Shown here one piece after another: positions 37,317 through 49,334 of a DNA stretch of 64,000 bases (position 1 is the first letter of the stretch; each line of letters begins with the position of its first letter). The notes under the pieces are model-generated. The model ran no database searches. It saw only the letters and a program-made list of their open reading frames with translations, and was not told the origin of the DNA. The translations under genes and the position numbers were made by a program. The stretch comes from Mobula hypostoma. Taxonomy: Eukaryota. The stretch covers positions 73,348,001-73,412,000 of the forward strand of contig NC_086108.1 of assembly GCF_963921235.1 (NCBI RefSeq), in the 5' to 3' direction.

Positions 37317-39199
37317 TACATTCATTCTCAGGATCATACCGTAAACTTCCTCTCATCCCTTTCCACTGCCGGCACATCCTTTCTTAAATAAAGGGTCCAG
37401 ACCTGATCACAATACTCTAAATCTGGTCTGACCAATACCTTATAAAATCTCAGCATTGCATCCCTGCTTTTAGATTCTAGTCCTCAGTAAATAAATGTTA
37501 CTATTGCATTTGTTTTCCTTACTACTGACTCAACCTGCAAATTACCCTTTAGGGAATCCTGAACTAGGACTCCCAAGTGCCTTTGCACTTCTAATTTCTG
37601 AATTCACTCTCTATGTAGAAAATAGTTTATGCTTTTATTCCTTCTACCAAAGTGCATGATCATACATATCCCTACATTGTATTCCATCTGCCATTTTTGC
37701 CCATTCACCTAATCTGTCCAAGTCCTTCTACAGTCTCTCTGCTTCCTCAACACTACCTTCCCCCCACCTATCTTTGTATCATTAGCAAACTTAGATACAA
37801 AGCCATCAATTCCATCACCCAGATCATTAATATATAACATGAAATGTAGCAGACCAAACACTGACCCCTGTAAAACACCACTCGTCTCTGACTGCCAACC
37901 AGAAAAGGCCCCCTTTATCCCCTTTCTTTGTCTTCTGCCTGTTAGTCAATCTATTTTCTATGGTGACATCTTTCCTGTAATACCATGAACTCATATCTTA
38001 TTTAGCAACCTTATGTGTTGCCCCTTGTCAAAAGGCTTATGAAAATCCAAGTAAGTATCCATAGACTCTCCTTTGTCTATCCCGCCTGGTATTTCCTGAA
38101 AGAATTCCAACAGATTTGTCAGGCTAGTTTTCCTTTTAAGGAAACCATACTGGATTTGGACTATTTTATTGTCTGCCTCCAAGTATGCCGAAACCTCATA
38201 AAGGACTTCCCAACCACTGAAATCAGGCTAGCTGGCCTATCATTTCACGTCTTTTGCCTCTCTCTCTTCTTAAAGTGTAGCGTTACAATTGTGATTCTCT
38301 GGTCCTCTGGAATAATTCCAGAATCTAGTGATTCTTGAAAGATTTCTAATAATGCCTCCACACTCCCTTCAGCTATCTTCTTCAGAACCCTGGGTTATAG
38401 CCCATCTGGTTCAGTTAAGTAATCTACCTACAGACCTGTCAGCTTCCCATGTACCTTCTCCTTAGTGATAGTGACTACATTCACTTCTGCCCCCTGGCAC
38501 TCTCAAATTTCAAGCATGGTGTCTTCCACAGTGAAGACTGATACAAAATGATTATTCAATTCCTCCACCATTTCTTTGTTCTACAATATTACCTCTCCAG
38601 TATCATTTTCCAGCAATCCAATATCCACTATTGTCTTTCTTTTACCTTACATATCTGAAATATTTATGTTTGTTCAGGTGTTTCAGGGCATGAGATTCAG
38701 GGCAGGAGTTTCAGTTCTCATTTTAATGATCAATGGCATCTCAATTTTAGTGCTCATCAAGGTACTTCTTAAATGTTTTATGAGTTCTTGCATCCACCAC
38801 TTACTTAGGAAGCATATGTTGTTAAACAGTTTTGTGTCATCCTCATTCCTCTTAAAAAAATCCATAAATGATCTTCTATTGTGAAGTTCCCAGATCTGCA
38901 TAGTTACTTTTTCCTTTGTAACACTGTGTCTCACTTTTAGTCTACAATACCATATTAATCTGCTAGTAAAAGATACTGCAACTGCCAGCTTCTGTCTAGC
39001 AGCCATGACCTCACCAGTTAGCACTATATAGGGATTTTAGCTATCTACAAAATGAATCAGAATCAGAGAAAATATACAGTACAGATGGAAATCATTCAGC
39101 TGCCATGTGTGTGCTCATTAAAGAAAGAGCTACGAAGCCTAAAACCATTTTCCTGCATTATAACTGTAAGACCAAGAAGCAAGTCACATGAAGAACAAA

Positions 39200-39300
39200 T
39201 CCAAGCAACACACACAAAGTGCTAGAGGAACTCAGCAGGCGAGGTAGCACCTATGGAAAAGAGGACAGTCGACGTTTCAGGCTGTGACCTTTCATCAGAA
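39200..39300 (-). mobile_element. Penelope pLTR remnant
   Basis: CAAGCAACACACACAAAGTGCTAGAGGAACTCAGCAGG..., as at 52600. Confidence 0.8.
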
Positions 39301-39301
39301 C
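39267..39301 (-). ncRNA. Minimal type I hammerhead ribozyme motif (intact core)
   Basis: Minus strand: GUU CUGAUGA A AGGU-CACA-GCCU GAAA C GUC GAC. Confidence 0.6.
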
Positions 39302-40695
39302 AAACATAAATATTCCTTACACGAGTTGATCGTTTCTGCCTTTACTATCCTTTCAGACAGTGGGTTCTAGAGCCTTACAGTCCACTTCATGAACAATTAA
39401 CTCTCGTCTCCTCTTTTATCCTTCTTCAATACATTTAATTCAATACCACTACATTTTTATTCCTTTATTAAGGGAACTAGCTCCTTCCTATGTAGACACA
39501 TGGGTTTCTACAGATGCTGGAAATCTTGAGCCACACACAAAATGCTGGGGGAACTCAGTAAGTCAGGCTGCATCTATGGAGGGAATGAACAGTGTATGCA
39601 TGTGTAGCTCCTTCTGATATATTTAGGTAATGAGGAATGTGGGGGGTGTGGGAGAATATTCCTTGGTGGGGGGGGGGAGTGAGAGGGACCTGGATAGATG
39701 TGACATGTTCTTTGTGCAGGAGGTCATGGAGTTCCTCAGATGGGAAACAAACAAAAGTCGAGAGAAGGCTGCTAGGGAGATAACTGTAGTTGGGAAAAGC
39801 CAACAAGCAAGTAGATGTTTGTAAATCCACTTCTTATTTTTCAGATGGTAAAGGTTTTCAAGTCCTCTCTCCTTGAGTATGGAGTTTTGGTGAATAGCAG
39901 TGTGAGATGTGGCAGAGATCAGCAGCAGCAACCCAGAATGACCCCAAGACCAGAAAGTTCAAAGTGACCATGCCTTAGTCCCCAGTGAGCAAAATAGTCA
40001 GAGAATATGTCTAATGCCATATTGAGATTGTACCTGTAAGAGATCTATGAGGAAAAAGAAAGCAGTTTGAGCACTGGCCCTTGAAGTAGACCACTTTCAG
40101 AGAAATGAAATTAGTTGTCCTCTGAGCAGATAAGACTTTTATCACACCTGAGATTCAAAATCTCTCTGCAGATTGACATTTTGTGCTGCACTGCTGTTGA
40201 TATCATTTAGGATGGTATTAGATTAGATATAAGTACTAGAAAGAATAAGCATCACTGAAAAATTAGGAAACTAATTCTGAACAAGATGCTGATATGTGTA
40301 GATATTGCCAAATACTTTGCGCTCAGTTAAATAGATTTTCAGTTGTACGATATCATTTGCTTAGAAGATGTCCGAAGAAATTCCAATTTATTAACTTTGC
40401 AGTGTATGGCTTTTCATTGCCTAATGCTCTGCTCATGGCCTTTCTCCTTTGAAGGATGTTGTGACTAACCAGCCGAGATCTTCCATGTCAGGTTGGCGCC
40501 AGCAAACAACAATTCCTTGGGTGACATCTTTCAGATAGCAAATCTGTACAATTATTTCACTTTTTCTATGCCTTTTGCTTATTATTTTTGTCTTCTTAGT
40601 GTGACAGAAACTGTTGGAGCCTGTGACATACAGCTTGGAACTCGTTCTAAGGGTCCAGCGCAATTCTGTGTCCAGAGAGCTGCCTCATGGAGATC

Positions 40696-41408
40696 CAAGA
40701 TGGAGGACCACAAAGGTTCAAGAACACAAGCTGACTCAAAGAAGAGACCAGAGATGAGCCACAGGGTCATGAACGACTCCATCTCAAAGCAGTGAGGAAG
40801 AATGAAACATCAAGGTGAAAGTGAAGGGGGTCAGAGAAGACCCCCCGAAAAGATGGTCAGCAGCCAAATCAGTGTGTTCAGCCCCAGATCAGTACGTTCG
40901 ACCCACATCAACAATGTTTGAACCCGAGTTGGCGGTCACTCTTTACTGAAGGACTGAGTTCATGCACATGCTCTCCTGGTATGCAAGTGAAAAGATGCTT
41001 CCCACATTCTGAGACTTACGTGATTGTTGGACTGTGTTCTATATTGGTTTCCTTCAGTGTTTTGCTGTTTTCTTTCATGTGGCTGATTGGCGGGAGGGTG
41101 ATCTGTTAATTTTTGTGTGTAAGAGAGGGGGTTTGGAGTTTGGTGATACTGTCACTGTTCTTTTCTGCGAGTGAGGGTGTCAAGGATCAGGGATTTTTAT
41201 GGGGTTGGTGATTGTTATTGTGGCTGTTTTATGCTGTGGGGAGGGGGGATTTTGGGGGTCTGTGAATTTTGTGTCTTTTATTTTTTGGGCGGGGAGGTGA
41301 GTTGATGTCTTTTCTTTCACCAGCACCATGGTCTTTCTGTATTTAATGGCTATCTGGAGTTGTATTGTATATGCATACTTTAATAATAAAATGAACCTTT
41401 GAACTGAA
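40696..41408 (+). mobile_element. Non-autonomous retroposon (AAGATGG head, Rex-like tail)
   Basis: Tail CATACTTTAATAATAAAATGAACCTTTGAAC. Confidence 0.5.
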
Positions 41409-42102
41409 TTGAATTGACTCTATTACTTACATTCTTCAAATACATGAGGAGTAAAAATCTTTACATTACAGCTCCGTTCAAATGCACAACGTGCAATTAT
41501 AGTAATTTATAATAAATATTATGTACAACAGGATAGTCAATATAACATTGAAATACAGTTGCATCAGCACGAATTAATCAGTCTGATGGCCTGGCGGAAG
41601 AAGCTGTCCCGGAGCCTGTTGGTCCTGGCTTTTATGTTGCGGTACTGTTTCCCTGATGGTAGCAGCTGGAACAGTTTGTGGTTGGGGTGACTCGGGTCTC
41701 CAATGATCTTTTGGGCCCTTTTTACACACCTGTCTTTGTAAATGTCCTGAATAGTGGAAAGTTCACATCTACAGATGTGCTGGGCTGTCCGCACCACTCT
41801 CTGCAGAGTCCTGTGATTGAGGGAAGTACAGTCCCCATATCAGGCAGTGATGCAGCCAGTCAGGTCTCAATCGTGCTCCTATAGAAAGTTCTTAGAATTT
41901 GGGGGGGCCATACCAAACTTCTTCAAGAGGCACTATTTTGCCTTTTTTCACCACACAGCCATTATGTACAGACCACGTGAGGTCCTCGGTGATGTTTATA
42001 CTGAGGAACTTAAGGTTGTTCACCCTCTGAACCTCAGATCCATTGATGTCAATAGGGGTTAGCCTGTTTCCATTCCTCCTGTAGTCCACAACCAGCTCCT
42101 TT
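41405..42102 (-). mobile_element. Rex/Babar LINE 3' part (same family as 17975-20930)
   Basis: KELVVDYRRNG, VRTAQHICRCEL, RTNRLRDSFF; (TTCAA)n tail. Confidence 0.88.
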
Positions 42103-42571
42103 AGATAACGACTTTGCGAGCCAAGCTGCATCTGACAAGTTTGTGAGCAGGTCTCTATGGATGGCAAGTCAAGTCAACCCCTGAAATCAATCCCTTTTTA
42201 TAACAATTTTCTCCCATGATGTCTTGGATCTGGCTCTGGGCACAGACTAGCTAAATGCCTTTGCCTGTTTTACAATGGAAGAGGAAAAGGTCTTTGTCAT
42301 TAAAAACTGCTGGATTGCCCATTCGTAGGTCCATATTTGTAGATCACTGTGAAATAATGGATTTATTAAGCTTTACAGTCAATTTCTAGGCTCCAGGTCT
42401 CCTTAAATTTCTTTTGTGGCCTTGCAAAATCATTCATTTAAAAGGAATGTAACCCATTTTCTCTTCCAATGTGCAGGACAGAATACTTGTCTTCTTTAAA
42501 TTTCATCTGCTGCTATTCTGGCTCACAGATATGTTTCCAATTCCTCTTTTAATTTCTAAGCTGGTTCTAAT

Positions 42572-43424
42572 GCAGTTAAGATGTTTTTTTTTGCCAAAAT
42601 TTTTATATGTGTTTCAGGCATTACCAATTTTCGTTCCTAAATCTTTTTTTGATAAAGTTGACTCTAAAATTTCTTCATTTATTTGGCAGAATAAGAATCC
42701 GAGACTGGGTAAAATACATTTACAGAAAGCTAAGAGAGATGGAGGTTTAGCATTACCTAACTTTAGATTTTATTATTGGGCTATTAATATTCGACATATG
42801 AAATTTTGGTTACTTGACCGGGACATACTATCTATTCCTAAATGGGTAGCATTGGAATTACAATCTGTTCAGGGTTATACACTTGGTTCTATTTTAGGTT
42901 CCTCTCTTCCTTTTGATTCGAAACGCCTTAAGCAGGTCTCTAACCCGATAGTTAAATAATTCCCTAATTCAATTTAAAGTGGTTCATAGAGCACATATGT
43001 CCAAAGATAAGTTAGCGCGTTTTTACTCGCATATTAATCCTTTCTGTGATAGATGTTCGGGGCAGATAGCCTCTTTAACTCATATGTTTTGGTCTTGCCC
43101 TACTTTGGAAACTTTTTGGAGAGATATTTTCAATATTATTTCTAAGGTATTAAATATAGATATCTCTCCTCACCCTATTACTGCTATCTTTGGACTACCT
43201 AAAATTTCTAGTAATCTTTCCCCTTCAGCCCGTAGAATGATTGCATTTCTTACTTTAATGGCGAAAAGATGTATTTTACAACATTGGAAAGAGCTTAATG
43301 CTCCAACTACCTTTTTTTGGTTTTCTCAGATGATTTTATGTTTGAATCTGGAGAAAATTAGAAGTAACCTTTATGATTCTTCATTTAAATTTGAACAGAT
43401 TTGGGGACCTTTTATTCGATATTT
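42572..43424 (+). mobile_element. L1-clade LINE ORF2 C-terminal fragment (internally deleted, no tail), flanked by a 27-bp duplication
   Basis: LPKFLYVFQALPI, FIWQNK, GGLALPNF..YYWA; CCHC knuckle CDRC..HMFWSC; direct repeat TCTTTTAATTTCTAAGCTGGTTCTAAT at 42545-42571 and 43425-43451. Confidence 0.9.
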
Positions 43425-44054
43425 TCTTTTAATTTCTAAGCTGGTTCTAATTTCGCTACCTTGCTAATTTGATATGAACTGTAAATTTGACCAATTTGCC
43501 TCAGGTTTCTGGATCCAAGCCTCCAATACAAATTAGAAACAACAGTGGTTCTAGTATCTGCTAGCAGACACTGCACTCAGGATGAAGTCATTGAAAAGAT
43601 CTGCACACTGAATGAATTGATTAACAACATAATCAAAAATGTATATTCTCAGGAAAAAATGTCGTTTAAAACTGTGAATGATAGCATTTGATGAGTATTT
43701 GTTTAATATTAGAAATGGAATGAAGTTCTTAACAGGAGCTGACAACAAATGTACTGCTCCATTGTGAGAAACGATTAAGGTGAGAGATTTACAGAATCAT
43801 ACAACATGGAAAAACACCCTTTTACCCACTGAGCAGCTGCAGACCCAAGTACATCCAGCCCATTTTATCTTACCATCAGCTTTTTGGAGATTTTACCAGT
43901 CATGCACAAAGCAAGGTTCTTCTATCCTCCTTCAAATGGTGAGGAAAAGTCATACTCAGATTCATGAAAGAAGAAATAACTTCATCAAAATCCCTCATCC
44001 AATTAAGGGAATGGTCAATATATTGCAAAATACAGATGGACCATCACAGAGAAG

Positions 44055-44286
44055 AGAAGGAATTTCCTTAGCGTTGAAACTGTGGAGTTCATTGCCACAG
44101 GTGTTTGTGGAGGCCAAGACATTTAGAATGGAGTTTGATATATTTTTGATTAATAAGGATGTCAAAGGTTATGGGGAGAGGCAGGAGAATGAGGTTAAGA
44201 GGGATAATAAATCGGCCGTGACTGAATGGCAGAGCAGATTCAATGGGCTGAGTAGTCTAATTCTACTCCTATGTCTTATGGTCTAT
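44055..44286 (+). mobile_element. CR1 3' end fragment
   Basis: LWSSLPQ..VEAK; tail TGTCTTATGGTCT. Confidence 0.8.
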
Positions 44287-44469
44287 CTCAGTTTTGATTC
44301 TCACTTTTAAGAATCATGGAATCATAGAGAAATGCAACATGGAATCAATTCCCTGCCACTCACCAATCACCCATTTACATTGATTTATTTTTATCTTCAT
44401 CACATACTCATCATCGTCGCCCCCCAGATACCATTTATCCCACTCACCTAGCTGCAAATAGCAATTTCC

Positions 44470-44642
44470 AGCAGACAATTAATTCACCAAACCACACATC
44501 CTTGACATGTGGGAGGAAACCAGAGCACTTGGAAGAAATGCATATGGTCACAGAGAACAAACAAACTCCACACAGAGGGACACGAAGACAGGACCCATGT
44601 CATTGAAACTGTGAGGCAGCAGCTCTCCTGGCTGTGCCACTA
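44470..44642 (-). mobile_element. SINE remnant (V-SINE/HE1-like)
   Basis: TGTGGGAGGAAACCAGAGCAC...CAAACTCCACACAGA, the typical reverse-strand SINE core. Confidence 0.65.
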
Positions 44643-45574
44643 GGAGACTCTTGTTGCTACCGTTCTTTTTTCTTGAAATTTTAGGAAGGTCATCTAAACT
44701 GGAGGAAGGCTTGTACGCAGATGAGAAAAGATACAGCCGCAATGTCAATGAATTAACATTTTTGATTTAGTTGAGAAGCTAGGTTCACCCTCAGTCATGT
44801 TGATGATATTGCAGATGTGAAACTGCCCTTGAGTTCAATGTTCTATCATAGTGGTTACCTTCGGGGGTGGGGGGGGAGAACAGGTTATAAAGTGCCATTG
44901 TCTTAGAAATGTCACGCTTATCTATCTGTTTGTTTAATTTTGCCCAAATATGAAGTGTGATACATTGTTTTTATGTGTCCTTTGAATAGGGATAAACAAT
45001 TGTAATTTTAATAAAGGAAATGTTGCAGTCCAAGCAAATCCTATATTCTGAAACTGAGTATTTTACAACTTGATTCATAATCATGCGTTAAATGTGAGGT
45101 TTCAAATCTTACCATTTTAATGGCAACGTTACCTTTTTAATGGCAACCTCCAGAGCAACGATTTCGGCTTGACACTTAATCTATAAATATAAATCACTTT
45201 GTAGCACTATTATTTCTTAATTACCATGCAGATTCAGGTACATTAAATGACGGCTCATCCATGATAAATGGTTGATGGAAGTGATCTAGGGTTAGCCACA
45301 ATCATCTACTAATATATTTGAATCTGCATTTTAATATTCATTAAAATTCAAGTTATTTACTGTATTGCTTATAACCTATTAACTAGAAAGAAATGACATG
45401 TACTATGATGACAGTTGACACAGTGGTGCTTACTACAGCTGCTGTTAACCCTTTCTATAACCGAGGAAGAAAAAGACAGATCTAAAAAAAAATAGCATGA
45501 TTACTGTTGCCCAGTTTTCATAGTGAAGAGTGCAGAAAATACCTATAATTCTGGGTGATTTATCAGTAACAAAA

Positions 45575-45839
45575 AAAATCCAGTGAGTGGCAGCTCTGTG
45601 GGCAAAAATGCCTTGTTAATGCGAGAAGTCAGAGGAGAATGGCCAGACTGCTTCAAGCTGACAGTACCTCTAATAACCACACGTTAAAACAGTGGTGCGT
45701 AGAAGAACATCTCTGAAAGCACAAGTCGATCCTTGAAGTGGATGGGCTACAGCAACAGAAGACCACGAACATACAAAATACATTCAGTGGCCACATTATT
45801 AGGCATCTCCTGTACCTAACAAAGTGACCACTGAGTGTA
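45575..45839 (+). mobile_element. Tc1-derived element: transposase HTH fragment plus terminal double-TIR hairpin
   Basis: CGQKCLVNARSQRRMARLLQAD...LKWMGYSNRRP; TA-CATTCAGTGGCCACATTATTAGG..CCTAACAAAGTGACCACTGAGTG-TA at 45779-45839. Confidence 0.8.
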
Positions 45840-45892
45840 TTTTTAAATAAAATTACAACTTTCCAAGAAATATGATGATTGAATGTTTCCAT

Positions 45893-46106
45893 GAGCCGGC
45901 CAGTGGTGTAATGGCATCAGCACTGGACTTCGAGGTGGATGGTCCTGAGTTTAAATCTGGCTGGGTCCCAACCCGGGCAGCAGTATCTGCATGGAAGAAC
46001 GGCCTGGCAATCTACTTCTGTATCTTACCACAAAAACCCAGTGGACAACTACACCATCTAAAAGGACGCCATGAGCTTACAGCAACTCGACGGTACTCAA
46101 CAACAA
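45893..46106 (+). mobile_element. tRNA-derived SINE with (CAA)n RTE-type tail
   Basis: A-box TGGTGTAATGG, degenerate B-box GAGTTTAAATC; ends CTCGACGGTACTCAACAACAA. Confidence 0.7.
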
Positions 46107-46623
46107 TGAAGTAATGAATAAAAAGTTTAAATTGATCATATTTTCTCAGTGATATTATCTTTGATTATATCACTGAATCTAAGTTATATTTCAATATAGT
46201 GTTTGTTTCTCAGTGCAGAAAGTCTGATAGCCATTAGGGAGAAGGAAATAGTCAATGCAGTGAACCAATCAAGAATTCCTTGAAATACAAACGTTTGTAG
46301 TTCTGAGAAGAGATTCCACAATCAGATCAGGGAAGCGATTTGCAGAGATTGAATTTGGACACAGCCAAAAAAAGATATTGCTAAATGATACATCATCTTT
46401 AGATTCTATTCAGCAACTCATTTAGTGAATCACACCCCGGTATGTTTTCATGACAGGCAAAGAAAAAATTCTGGGGTGAAGCAATCATGATCCATATGAA
46501 AAGGTTTGGACTTCTGTCAAAATAATCGAAGTTTCAGGGAGCAATGAATAACATTGGTAAGAATGAGAGCTTGAAAAGTTTTGGAAAACAGCAGAAGAGA
46601 CAATGAAAAACAAGTGGAAGAAA

Positions 46624-46695
46624 AAGGAAATATAGAAAAAGAACTCACTGATGATTTTAAGGAAATATAGAAAAAGAACTCACTGATGATTTTAA
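46624..46695. repeat. Perfect 35-bp tandem duplication
   Basis: AAGGAAATATAGAAAAAGAACTCACTGATGATTTT x2. Confidence 0.9.
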
Positions 46696-47214
46696 AATTA
46701 ACTTGTGAAGTTCCTGCATGTCAAGAAAGAAGATTGGTACAGCAGAAAAATGACAATTACAACAAAGTGTCGATCTGTTGATAGCAGTGAAGGACATGAA
46801 GAAATATTAAATGAATCATTCACTATGGCATATACAGAAATTAGGACTGACCGGAAATGAGCAGAGGAGAAATTTATAGGCAGTAATTTAAACAAAATGC
46901 AGTGGATGAATTAAAGAGATTGAAGCCAGATAAATTTCCAGATGGTTTCCTACCACAGTGATTAATCAACTATGCAGGGAAGTCTGGGATACACAAGTTA
47001 AAGGGAATGAAGTGAAGTTTGGATTTAGGCAACACTGCTCCCTTACAGCACCACAGAAAATCAATAATAGGTGCAGTGAAAAGTCAGCTGGATGGGCCTG
47101 GCAGAGTGCTCTGTTCGCCCCTTGTTACAGCAAAGACTCTCCCCTAAAAGTTATTCCCTTTGCTTGCTAACTTACAATAAACATATCAGCACAAAAATTT
47201 TAAGTGCTTTATAT

Positions 47215-47494
47215 GTTAAATGTACATCAAAAATATAGTGAAATGTGTCATTTGCAACAACCAACAGTCAGAGGATTTGCAGCCTGCAAATGTCGCTATG
47301 CTTTCGGCAATGTTATAGCATACCCACAATTCACTAACCCTAACTTGTACATGTTGAAATATGGGAGGAAACTGGAGCACCCAGAGGAAACCTGCACAAT
47401 CACAGGAAGAGCGTACAAACTCCTTATGGTCAGCGGTGGGAATCGAACTGGCGCTGTAAAGCATTATGCTAGCCATTCCGCTACCATGTCGCCC
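47215..47494 (-). mobile_element. tRNA-derived SINE (V-SINE/HE1-like)
   Basis: Reverse-strand relative of 33048-33321 (GGGAGGAAACTGGAGCACCC, GGGAATCGAAC B-box). Confidence 0.7.
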
Positions 47495-48188
47495 TATGCA
47501 CAGAAACAAGAGATTCTGCAGATGCTGGAAGTCTTTAGGAAAATAGATAAAATGCTGAAGGAACTCAGCAGGTCCACAATGGACGGAAATAAACAGTTGG
47601 CATTATGGGCTAAGATCTGGCCAGTAATTAACCTCCAGATAACAGTTCAAAAAGGTTAGATTATCTACACGAGAGATTCTTCAGATTTAGGCTTAGACTT
47701 CTATATTTTATGTGTCAAGATGTTCAGATTTTGTGTGTGTGAGAAAGAGAGACATGGTTCATATGCTCTTACTGAGCAGAAATTGCCTGCAATGCATTCT
47801 ACATTACAACAATGATACTACTTATGAAATACTTTATTGATCATGAAACATTCTGCAATATCATGAGGTTTTGAAAAGTGATGTAGTTCTGTTTTTCTCT
47901 TTTCACAATAGGGTGTGTTAAGACAGCAGAGTATTGACCTGTTATTGGCGGAGCTGCTTGGATAAGTCTGTAGCACACATGCAGCTCCGTGCAAAAGCTA
48001 ACTTTCAGAGGACTTTGTGGTGCACCTCCCATACCCTTTTCCGTGAAGCAGGGTTGGTCTCTGGCTTGACAACACTGTAGAGTGAAGGATTTGACAGGCC
48101 AAAAATGGCAGATGGCAGTTAATTCAATTCCACTGCTGTTGTAAGGTCACATCACCTCTTTGATGCCCTGCATTATATTTGGAATCCA

Positions 48189-48358
48189 CACTTAGTGGTT
48201 GATTTATTAGGTACTTCCTGTACGTATAATAGTAGCCACTGAGCGTATGTTTACGATTCTGCAACTGCAGCCCATTCACTTCAAGGTTCATTGTGATGTG
48301 CATTCAGAGATGCTCTTCTGCACTCCACTGTCGCAATCCATAGTAATTTGAGTTACTA
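48189..48358 (-). mobile_element. Second Tc1-derived element with terminal hairpin
   Basis: CACTTAGTGGTTGATTTATTAGGTAC..TGTAC..GTAGCCACTGAGCG, followed by the inverted homolog of 45670-45770. Confidence 0.7.
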
Positions 48359-49334
48359 CTACAAATAATGTCAGGGACTGTTGCATCTGCAACAGAAAGA
48401 TCAAGGTAAAGGAAGCTTTTCCTTCTTGTTGATTTTGTGTGAGTTGCTTGGATTTCCAGCAAATACAGACTTTCTCATCTCCAGCAAACTAAGTCAATTA
48501 ATGGGGGAATAAGGAGGCCTTTTAAAAGAATAAACTGTGAACATACAAGTTATTTCAGTAGCCAGGCCCTTAATTGCTCAAAGTTTGATTGGTTTTAGTT
48601 AGCCCTGCGGTTAATACATACAGTACACTTCTCGATGAATATATTGAGACAAAATGTCAACATTTAAATTAGGCTCTTATTCCTCCTTGTGAGAAGTGGA
48701 GCAGGTAAAACGAAGGGCTGGAGTTGCAGTCCTACAAGCTTTAATGCAGGCAAATTTAAAAGGAGGAAGGAAAACCAGAAGGTAACATATCCTACCGTGG
48801 ATGCTCCCCAAAGACAATGGGAGGAGGTCAGAACCAGCCTCATAACTTCAAAAGGAATGAATAGACAAAGGCCACTGCAGTGAGTCTGATGTTTGTGTTT
48901 GCTTCATTCTGTGGCAGCCTTCCAGCAACCTGGACATTTAAATCATCGTTACTACACCTTTCTCATGTGGTTCCAGTGTTGAAAGTACTGAGAAGTTTTT
49001 GTTCCAAAGAATGTCCAAATGATCCCACTGAGCTCACAGATAGGAACTGAAGCCTCCAACTGCAATTTCTATGTCAAGTGTACAAGTTGTGGGCCGTGTA
49101 ATTTCATGTTGAGCTTTAGCATGCTGTGCTGGTGATTGTTTAAACACAGATGCCTGATTACAATTCCTGACATGGATTATTTCCAACTCAGCTGCATCAT
49201 CAGAATGAAACTCGAATCAGGGTACAGGTGCTTCCCTTCAGAGGGAAAGAGGGAGAGAGAGACAACTGGTGAGACTTAGCAGCCAAAAGCAATACATTGA
49301 CTGCACTTAGCGCCTGTGTTTTTAGTCAATAGAC

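Larger units (their letters stand above)
35805..38665 (-). mobile_element. Degraded CR1 hosting a nested plus-strand CR1
   Basis: 3' tail at ~35805; the sequence resumes at ~37322; SLTNLLEFF, YLDFHKPFDK. Confidence 0.85.

Noticed and set aside
43780..44310. 176-aa ORF
   Set aside because: The C-terminal half is a CR1 3' fragment and the N-terminal half has no recognisable features
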